From Verrucomicrobiota bacterium (GTDB taxonomy: Bacteria; Verrucomicrobiota; Verrucomicrobiia; Verrucomicrobiales; DEV007), in contig JASFYY010000071.1 of the NCBI GenBank assembly GCA_045046875.1, forward strand, positions 1 through 14,575: 14,575 bases of DNA, in the 5' to 3' direction. The position numbers and the translations under genes were made by a program. The notes beneath the pieces are model-generated. The model did no database searches. It saw only the letters and a program-made list of their open reading frames with translations, and was not told where the DNA came from. Shown here piece after piece: positions 8,227 to 14,575 of this stretch. How positions within the stretch are numbered: the first letter of the stretch is position 1; each line of letters opens with the position of its first letter.

Positions 8227-8685
8227 ATGAAATCAACCGTCGAAATTTGCGCCGCATCCGGAATCCCCGAACGCTCATACCCAGCCGGAGAGACCGTCAT
8301 CGAAGAAGGTCACCACAGCTCCTCCTTGTATATTCTCAAACAAGGCAGCGTCGAAGTTTGCAAGCAGGAAGTCGAACTGGCAACCATCTCAAACCCCGGC
8401 GCTTGGTTCGGAGAGATCTCTGTGCTAATCGGCGGTCAAGCCATGGCCACCGTAAAGACCCTCAGCGACTCGGTTTTCTACGTCATCGAAGACGGCAAAA
8501 CCTTGCTGCAAGAACACCCCGAACTCAACTACCACATCGCCGTGCTGCTCGCCACCCGGCTCAAGTCAGTGACCTCCTACCTCGTCGACATCCAGCAACA
8601 ATTCGCCTCCAACGACGACCACCTCAACATGGTCGACGAAGTGCTGGAAAGCCTGATTCACCATCAGAAACCAACAGATGCTTAA
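8227..8685 (+). CDS. Stand-alone cyclic-nucleotide-binding domain protein (no HTH)
   Basis: YPAGETVIEEG...LYILKQGSVEV...PGAWFGEISVL...ATVKT is a CAP/cNMP barrel followed by a C-helix. At 152 aa it is too short for a Crp DNA-binding domain. Confidence 0.88.
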   Translation: MKSTVEICAASGIPERSYPAGETVIEEGHHSSSLYILKQGSVEVCKQEVELATISNPGAWFGEISVLIGGQAMATVKTLSDSVFYVIEDGKTLLQEHPELNYHIAVLLATRLKSVTSYLVDIQQQFASNDDHLNMVDEVLESLIHHQKPTDA

Positions 8686-8708
8686 ACTTAAGTCATCCCC
8701 CGCTCACC

Positions 8709-9455
8709 TCACGCCAACACCGTCATCTCCCCGCTTTGCAAATCCAGTGACTCCACTCCCGCCAGCGAACGCCAAATCGCAGTCCCCTTCTCCGTATCCA
8801 ACTCGATAAAAGCCGGCACTGGACCAATCTGCTTGCCGGCATTGAACAATAAAGTATCCCCCATCCGGTCAAACCAGGTGCCGTTTTTGGTAAACGGCGC
8901 GTGATGAATATGACCGCCCAAAACCATATCGGGACGATACTGCTCGATCCAACCGGGCAGCGCGTCATCGCCATATTCATGTTTGCCATCCCAAGCCAAC
9001 GGCGAGCCGGACGGCGGTGCGTGATACACCCAGATCCATTGATCCTTCTGCTTGGCAGCATCGCGCTGCAACTGCTGCGCTAATTCCGCCTTACTATAAT
9101 CCCCATCCCACCACGGACATACGGTAAAAAGAATGCCGTCCTTCTCGAAACTCTCCCCGTCAGAACTAAAGCTGCCCAGACTTTTTATCTGCTTGAGCCA
9201 GGCCGCAGAACTCTCACCTGCCTCGCTACGCACATCACCATCGTGGTTACCCGAAGAAATCAATACCGGCACCTCTTTGGGCAACCGCTTGAGATATTTA
9301 CGCAACACCAAAATCTGAACATCAATCGACACCGCAGAAACAATATCGAGCAAATCCCCTGGTATAATCAACAGATCAAACTGATCAGCCACCTGCTTCA
9401 CCCAGTCCCATTGTTTGAGAGTGTAATGCAGATCGGCGACTGAGAGGATTTTCAT
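8709..9455 (-). CDS. Calcineurin-like metallophosphoesterase (Icc-like)
   Basis: All five metal-binding motifs are present: ADLH, PGDLLD, SGNHD, YHAPP, GHIH. Confidence 0.92.
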   Translation of the reverse strand: MKILSVADLHYTLKQWDWVKQVADQFDLLIIPGDLLDIVSAVSIDVQILVLRKYLKRLPKEVPVLISSGNHDGDVRSEAGESSAAWLKQIKSLGSFSSDGESFEKDGILFTVCPWWDGDYSKAELAQQLQRDAAKQKDQWIWVYHAPPSGSPLAWDGKHEYGDDALPGWIEQYRPDMVLGGHIHHAPFTKNGTWFDRMGDTLLFNAGKQIGPVPAFIELDTEKGTAIWRSLAGVESLDLQSGEMTVLA

Positions 9456-9502
9456 GTCAACGAGTTATAAATTTCCCTTATCTCCCGGAAAAACCCATCA
9501 AG

Positions 9503-10165
9503 CTAAAAACGGTAAATCAACGACAGCACAAAAGACTGGGAAGTCGGATCGTCGTGAATGTTCTCCACCTTACGTCCGGAAGGTAATTTTCCGCTGTAGG
9601 AAAAATCATCATAGATGGTTTTGCGATAGCTCAAACGACATTCCACATGGTCGGAAATCAGATACCTCACCCCGCCTCCAAACGAATAAGCCGGCACCCA
9701 GTCATTGTAGTCAAAACTGCTGCGGTCTGCCGAAGGTGAATTTTTCTCCTGCTTGACCTGACCCGCCAGAATTCCCAGATCAAAAAAAATGCCAAACTTG
9801 TCAGTGACCTGATAAGTCGGCAATACACTGAACCCCAGCGTGAAGGGGGTTTCATATTTCAAATTAGCCGGTTCATTAGGCAAAAATAAAGTCCACTCGG
9901 CATTGTTCCAAGTGCCACGAAACTGCGTAGCGATGGAGAAACGCTTAGGCAAGGCAAACTCATATCCAGCCACCAAGCCCAGCTCAAAGCCGTCCGATTT
10001 ATTGGTAAAACTCGCATTGGATCGATCATCCCGCAGGGTGACATAATGGGGCGTGTACTTTTGCTCAACATATCCCGATTCGATCCCCGCATACCAACCC
10101 TCGGCTTGGGCAGAGACGGACAAAGCAAAAAACACAACAGCGCAGGAGAATAAAAGTTTTTTCAT
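9503..10165 (-). CDS. Outer membrane beta-barrel protein (OmpA-like transmembrane, about 8 strands)
   Basis: Signal peptide MKKLLFSCAVVFFALSVSAQA, first strand GWYAGIESGY, amphipathic strands (GLVAGYEF, FGGGVRYLI) and a C-terminal beta-signal LSLIYRF ending in Phe. Confidence 0.88.
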   Translation of the reverse strand: MKKLLFSCAVVFFALSVSAQAEGWYAGIESGYVEQKYTPHYVTLRDDRSNASFTNKSDGFELGLVAGYEFALPKRFSIATQFRGTWNNAEWTLFLPNEPANLKYETPFTLGFSVLPTYQVTDKFGIFFDLGILAGQVKQEKNSPSADRSSFDYNDWVPAYSFGGGVRYLISDHVECRLSYRKTIYDDFSYSGKLPSGRKVENIHDDPTSQSFVLSLIYRF

Positions 10166-10240
10166 GATTTGATTAGTTAAAGGCAGCCAAGTTTACATCA
10201 TCCGTCGCTGTGCGCAAGAAAAGCAAATTCATCTCAAAGC

Positions 10241-10272
10241 TTGATTGCGAATATCAATATTTGAACTAGATT
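10241..10272 (+). promoter_or_regulatory. Candidate sigma70 promoter for the gcvP operon overlapped by palindromic operator-like sites
   Basis: TTGCGA (10245-10250), 16 nt spacer, TAGATT (10267-10272). Inverted repeats TTGAT-N7-ATCAA (10241-10257) and TCAA-TAT-TTGA (10254-10264). Confidence 0.4.
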
Positions 10273-10286
10273 TGCCGCGATTTAAC

Positions 10287-10364
10287 GGCTGCTGCTCCCT
10301 ATTCGGTGAATCGGGGTTACTGCTCTCATCCTGCGAGTGAGAAGACCCGAACCATGCAGCAGCT
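10287..10364 (+). ncRNA. Candidate structured cis-regulatory leader RNA upstream of gcvPA (family not recognised)
   Basis: GC-rich island in an AT-rich spacer. A perfect 8-bp closing helix GCTGCTGC (10288-10295) / GCAGCAGC (10356-10363) encloses TCGGG/CCCGA (10311-10315 / 10346-10350) and TCTCA/TGAGA (10324-10328 / 10338-10342). Strand is inferred from the candidate promoter. Confidence 0.5.
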
Positions 10365-10418
10365 CAGACTGTTTATTTTTTCCTCTCCCTATATCCAAAA
10401 CATTTATTGATTCTGTCC

Positions 10419-11789
10419 ATGCCTACTCTACCTGGCTACAACGTTCTACGCGAACACGATCGATCTGCGATGCTCGATAAAATCGGCGTTGATTCCATCG
10501 AGCAACTGCTCGACTTCATCCCCGCTGATCTGCGTTTGCAAAAATCTCTCGACCTGCCAGCAGCGATGAGCGAATGGCAACTGGCAAAACATCTAAAACA
10601 GCTCGCCGCGCAAAACGAAAACACCCACAGCCATGCCTGTTTTTTAGGCGGCGGCGTTTACGATCACCATGTTCCCGAAGTGGTCAATTATATCGCTTCA
10701 CGCGGCGAATTCCTCACCGCCTATACCCCATACCAACCGGAAATCAGCCAGGGACTGCTGCGGGTGCTCTCCGATTTCCAACTGGTGATCGGTCGATTAT
10801 TTGACATACCGGTGGTGAATTGCTCGGTTTACGATGGTGCCACCGCGCTCGCCGAAAGTGCCTGGATGGCGATCTCCGCCAGTGGCATTCACCGTTTGAT
10901 CGTCAGTGACAGCATTTGGCCGGAACACCTCGCAGTGCTGCAAGTTTACATGGCCAACCGCAAAGTGGAAATCGAACAAATTGGCCACGATCCCCAATCG
11001 GGGGAAATAGACCAAACAGCTCTGAAGACGGCACTGCAACAACCCGCCGCCGCGGTCATCGCGCAAAGCCCGAACTGCTTTGGCATCATCGAAGATCTCA
11101 AGCAAGTGATCCATACGACGCACCAAAACGAAGCACTGGCAGTGATCGGCTGTTACCCGACCTCGCTCGGCATCATTGAAGCTCCCGGAACCCATGGAGC
11201 AGACATCGTCTATGCCGAAGGTCAATCCCTCGGCCTACCACTGGCCGCAGGCGGACCTACTATGGGCATGATCGGAACCCGCGAAACTCTCACCGACTAC
11301 CTGCCCGGACGACTGGTCGGCGAAACCAAAGACATCAAGGGCGAGAGTGCCCTCGCCCTGATCAAACAAGAGCGCGAGCAACACGTGCGTCGTCACAAAG
11401 CGACCAGCCACATCTGCTCCAACCAGGCTCTGATGGCTCTACGCTCGCTGGTCTATCTCAGCTTGATGGGAGAAAACGGTTTGCGCCGGGTCGCCACTCT
11501 GAGTGCGCAAAAAGCCCATCATTTGTGCGCTGAGTTGGAAAAAATCCCCACTGTTTCCAAAAGCTATCAGGGCGCGTTTTTCAATGAGTTCTGCCTCGAC
11601 CTTAAGGTAAACGCCGCCACTCTACTGGACAAATTACGCCAACAAGGATTCCATGCCGGCATCAACTGCAGTGCCGATCATAAAGACGGCAAACAACGTA
11701 TTCTGATCGCCGTGACCGAGACTCAATCGCTCGCCACCCTCGATCACTTCGCCACCGCTTTTGCACAAACCATCGACCAAATTTCATGA
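10419..11789 (+). CDS. gcvPA: Glycine dehydrogenase (decarboxylating) subunit 1 homologue, divergent
   Basis: FLGGGVYDHHVP, RGEFLTAYTPYQPEISQG, SVYDGATALAE, PGRLVGET and REQHVRRHKATSHICSNQAL. Start ATG 10419 is preferred over TTG 10407. Confidence 0.92.
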   Translation: MPTLPGYNVLREHDRSAMLDKIGVDSIEQLLDFIPADLRLQKSLDLPAAMSEWQLAKHLKQLAAQNENTHSHACFLGGGVYDHHVPEVVNYIASRGEFLTAYTPYQPEISQGLLRVLSDFQLVIGRLFDIPVVNCSVYDGATALAESAWMAISASGIHRLIVSDSIWPEHLAVLQVYMANRKVEIEQIGHDPQSGEIDQTALKTALQQPAAAVIAQSPNCFGIIEDLKQVIHTTHQNEALAVIGCYPTSLGIIEAPGTHGADIVYAEGQSLGLPLAAGGPTMGMIGTRETLTDYLPGRLVGETKDIKGESALALIKQEREQHVRRHKATSHICSNQALMALRSLVYLSLMGENGLRRVATLSAQKAHHLCAELEKIPTVSKSYQGAFFNEFCLDLKVNAATLLDKLRQQGFHAGINCSADHKDGKQRILIAVTETQSLATLDHFATAFAQTIDQIS

Positions 11790-13288
11790 CTCCCGGAATC
11801 ACCTTAAAAGCAGCGCGCCGGGTTTCAGTTTTTGACCTGTCACAACCCGGCATGGGCGGCAGCGGCATCATCGATCCCGATTTTGACGGTGAAACCTTGC
11901 CGCCGGAACTGGCTCCCGTCGCCACTCGTAAAAAAACCGGACTGCCGGAACTCAGCGAAGTGGATGTGGTGCGCCATTTTACCCGCCTCAGCCAGGACAC
12001 CTTCGGCGTCGATCTCGGCCCCTACCCGCTAGGTTCCTGTACCATGAAATACAATCCCAAGCGCAACGATACGCTGGCCGAACTGCCAGGCTTCGCCGAT
12101 GTGCACCCGGCCCAGCCAGCCGATTCGATGCCGGGTCTGTGGACACTCTTTCACCAACTGCAGAATCACCTTGCCGCGATCACCGGCATGGACGCCTTCA
12201 CCCTGCAGCCCGCAGCGGGCGCGCACGGAGAACTAACTGGACTACTGATAATCAGACGGCATTTTGAGAGTCTCAAGCAAAATCGCTCAGTCATCCTCAT
12301 TCCTGACTCCGCCCACGGCACCAATCCCGCCAGTGCAGCGATGTCAGGTTATATTTGTAAAATCATCCCCACCACCAAAGAGGGCACGCTGGATGTGGAT
12401 GCCATGCGCGAGATGCTGGACGACGATGTCGCCGGCCTGATGATGACCAATCCCTCGACGCTGGGACTTTTTGATCCCAACATCGCGGAAATCGCCGCTG
12501 CCCTACATGAAAACGGCTCCTTGCTCTATTACGACGGAGCCAATCTCAACGCCCTGATGGGACTGGTTCGCCCCGGCGACATGGGCTTCGATGTGATTCA
12601 TATCAATACCCACAAAACCCTCTCCACTCCGCACGGCGGCGGCGGGCCAGGTGCCGGCCCCTGTGGAGTCAAAGCTTTCCTCGAACCTTACCTGCCGATT
12701 CCAGTCATCACCCACAATGATGACGGCGAGATCGAAGCGCAATTTGACCGACCTCTCAGCGTCGGGCGGATGAAAAGTTATTTCGGTCACGTGACCATCC
12801 TGATCAAAGCCTACTGCTACATCCTCAGCAACGGAGCCGAAGGTCTGCGCATGGTATCGGAAAACGCTGTGCTCAACGCCAACTACATTCAAAGTTCACT
12901 GGCCGACTTGCTGCCCCCTGTTTTCCAACAACGCTGCATGCACGAATGCCTGCTCTCCGGTGGCGACCTCGACGTCGACCCCTTCGATTTCGTCAAACGT
13001 CTGATCGATTTTGGCGTCCACCCTCCGACCCTGGTCGGAGCGGGCTGCGTCCATTTTTCCGATGACTACGACGCCGCCATGCTGATCGAACCCACCGAGA
13101 CCGAAAGCCTCGCAGTGCTCGACGATATGATCGCCCAGTTCCGCAAAGTGGCGCGTGAGGTTGAGCTCGCTCGATACATGATCGAAACAGCTCCGCACAC
13201 CACCGACGTTGCCAAAATCATCACCGATGAACCTGCTTTTCTCAGCATGCTGGAAGCCGACAAACCATCCTCTGCAAAAACGTCATGA
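11786..13288 (+). CDS. gcvPB: Glycine dehydrogenase (decarboxylating) subunit 2 homologue, PLP-binding, divergent
   Basis: PLGSCTMKYNP, LQPAAGAHGE, PDSAHGTNPASA, YYDGANLNA, the PLP-lysine motif HKTLSTPHGGGGPG, and IEPTETES. ATGA overlap with gcvPA. Confidence 0.93.
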   Translation: MTPGITLKAARRVSVFDLSQPGMGGSGIIDPDFDGETLPPELAPVATRKKTGLPELSEVDVVRHFTRLSQDTFGVDLGPYPLGSCTMKYNPKRNDTLAELPGFADVHPAQPADSMPGLWTLFHQLQNHLAAITGMDAFTLQPAAGAHGELTGLLIIRRHFESLKQNRSVILIPDSAHGTNPASAAMSGYICKIIPTTKEGTLDVDAMREMLDDDVAGLMMTNPSTLGLFDPNIAEIAAALHENGSLLYYDGANLNALMGLVRPGDMGFDVIHINTHKTLSTPHGGGGPGAGPCGVKAFLEPYLPIPVITHNDDGEIEAQFDRPLSVGRMKSYFGHVTILIKAYCYILSNGAEGLRMVSENAVLNANYIQSSLADLLPPVFQQRCMHECLLSGGDLDVDPFDFVKRLIDFGVHPPTLVGAGCVHFSDDYDAAMLIEPTETESLAVLDDMIAQFRKVAREVELARYMIETAPHTTDVAKIITDEPAFLSMLEADKPSSAKTS

Positions 13289-13725
13289 GCGAACTTTCCG
13301 ACCATATCAAAAATGCCAAAATCCTGATCGTCGATGATACCAAGATGATGCGCTCCCTGATGAGCCGCCATTTGCGTGATACCGGATTCAATCATATCGC
13401 CGAAGTCGAGGATGGCAGTCAGGCACTGGAATACATCGATCAACATCCAGTCGACTTCATGCTGCTCGACATCATGATGCCGGTCATGAACGGTTACGAA
13501 ACTTTGCAAAACCTCAAGCAGTCCGGCAAACTCTCTTCCATCGCCGTGGTCATGGTCACCGCGGTCGATGAAATCGAAGCGGTGGCAAAATGCATCGAAT
13601 TGGGAGCCGCCGACTACATGCCCAAACTATTCAACCCCATTCTGCTCAACCTGCGCATTGAAGCCAATCTCAAACTCTTGTTCATGCGTCGCCGTCTGCT
13701 CGAACTGGGCGATCAACTCGACTGA
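13285..13725 (+). CDS. Receiver-domain-only response regulator (CheY-like) with a short C-terminal helix
   Basis: ILIVDD, LLDIMMPVMNG (phospho-acceptor Asp), MVTA and GAADYMPK. ATGA overlap with the gcvPB stop. Confidence 0.93.
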   Translation: MSELSDHIKNAKILIVDDTKMMRSLMSRHLRDTGFNHIAEVEDGSQALEYIDQHPVDFMLLDIMMPVMNGYETLQNLKQSGKLSSIAVVMVTAVDEIEAVAKCIELGAADYMPKLFNPILLNLRIEANLKLLFMRRRLLELGDQLD

Positions 13726-13805
13726 TTGCGTGGCATTGCCCACTCCACATCCATAAGCCTAGCCCCCCATTTCGACTTTTATTTATTACCAAATGAAAAC
13801 AATGC

Positions 13806-13833
13806 TTGTCTGATCCTCCCGCTTTGTTAATAT
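13806..13833 (+). promoter_or_regulatory. Candidate sigma70 promoter for the symporter gene
   Basis: TTGTCT (13806-13811), 16 nt spacer, extended -10 TG-n-TAATAT (13825-13833), 50 nt before the ATG. Confidence 0.4.
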
Positions 13834-13883
13834 CACGATTTTTCTCCAACTCCTTTTATCTCCACCACCCAATTCACTTCTCC

Positions 13884-14575
13884 ATGGAAGCCTTCAATCA
13901 ACTCATCTCCAAACTCAGCTCCATTGTCTGGGGCCCACCCATGCTGGCTCTCATCGTATTGACCGGCATAGTTCTGACCTACAAACTGCGCTTCATTCAG
14001 ATTTCCAAGCTAACGACTGGCCTGCGTTTTGCTTTTGGCAAAAAAGGACGCTCGAGCAGCAGAGAAGGAGATGTCTCGCCTTTCCAATCCCTGATGACCG
14101 CCCTCGCCGCCACCATCGGCACCGGAAATATTGTCGGTGTAGCCACTGCCATTTCCATCGGTGGACCCGGCGCGCTTTTCTGGATGTGGGTGATCGCTTT
14201 TCTCGGCATGGCGACCAAATATTCCGAAGCTCTGTTGGCGGTGAAATATCGAATCAAAGATGAAAATGGCAAAATGAATGGTGGCCCGATGTATTACATC
14301 GAAAGAGGCATGGGCAAAAAATGGAAACCTTTAGCCATCGCTTTTGCCGCTTTTGGTTCGATCGCTGCTTTTGGCATCGGCAACATGGTGCAGGCCAATG
14401 CCGTGGCAGGCAACGTGATCGCCTTGATGGGCGCCGAGGGAGAATCGGCAAAAACCGCTGCTCTGATCACCGGTCTAGTGCTGGCATTGTTCACTGGCGT
14501 CGTCATCCTTGGTGGAATCAAATCCATTGGCCGCACCGCCGCGGTGATGGTTCCCTTCATGGCTACTTTTTACAT
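13884..14575 (+). CDS. Alanine/glycine:cation symporter (AGCS family), 5' part (runs off the right window edge)
   Basis: Not in the ORF track. Manual translation from ATG 13884: MEAFNQLISKLSSIVWGPPMLALIVLTG...GDVSPFQSLMTALAATIGTGNIVGVATAISIGGPGALFWMW...KYSEALLAVKYR...GGPMYYIERG...GNMVQAN, all AGCS signatures. Confidence 0.96.
   Translation, partial: MEAFNQLISKLSSIVWGPPMLALIVLTGIVLTYKLRFIQISKLTTGLRFAFGKKGRSSSREGDVSPFQSLMTALAATIGTGNIVGVATAISIGGPGALFWMWVIAFLGMATKYSEALLAVKYRIKDENGKMNGGPMYYIERGMGKKWKPLAIAFAAFGSIAAFGIGNMVQANAVAGNVIALMGAEGESAKTAALITGLVLALFTGVVILGGIKSIGRTAAVMVPFMATFY

Noticed and set aside
8205..8750. 181 aa plus-strand ORF overlapping the cNMP gene
   Set aside because: Arg-rich off-frame reading. 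The 8227..8685 frame carries the domain motifs.
10287..10364. Assignment of the leader as a glycine, TPP, c-di-AMP or yybP-ykoY riboswitch, SRP RNA, 6S RNA or tRNA
   Set aside because: Only isolated words match. The glycine core, TPP P4/P5 (TGATC...GTAGGGA), c-di-AMP GTCAGCTAAC, yybP GGGGAGTAGC, SRP GGAAGCAGC loop and tRNA T-arm are all absent, and it is too short for 6S.
13730..13745. GTGG-cattgc-CCAC hairpin after the response regulator as a terminator
   Set aside because: Only 4 bp, with no adjacent U-tract.
1..14575. Anti-phage defence or mobile-element interpretation of the cNMP and phosphoesterase genes
   Set aside because: No nucleotidyltransferase or cyclase, TIR or nuclease effector, integrase, transposase or terminal repeats were seen.

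Overview
Bacterial genomic window, about 52% GC by eye, with almost no Shine-Dalgarno sites (possibly a PVC-superphylum organism, which is inference). It holds 14 protein genes in four blocks. (1) A minus-strand ABC importer operon: a substrate-binding protein of three tandem ABC_sub_bind (TrpX-like) domains, a STAS anti-sigma-antagonist fused to an unrecognised ~300 aa domain, a permease and a window-truncated ATPase. (2) A divergent plus-strand block: DinB-like protein, NRDE/TANGO2 protein, GNAT(FeeM/LuxI-like)-cNMP-binding fusion and a stand-alone cNMP-binding protein. (3) A convergent minus-strand pair: outer-membrane beta-barrel and Icc-like metallophosphoesterase. (4) A plus-strand block: a structured leader that is not a glycine riboswitch, a divergent split glycine decarboxylase gcvPA/gcvPB without adjacent gcvT/gcvH, a translationally coupled receiver-only response regulator, and a window-truncated alanine/glycine:cation symporter. 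The best candidate for an undescribed system is an amino-acid or N-acyl-amide signalling island under cyclic-nucleotide and partner-switch control, with a possible new cis-regulatory RNA at 10287-10364. All family calls are from motif recognition by eye; no searches were run.
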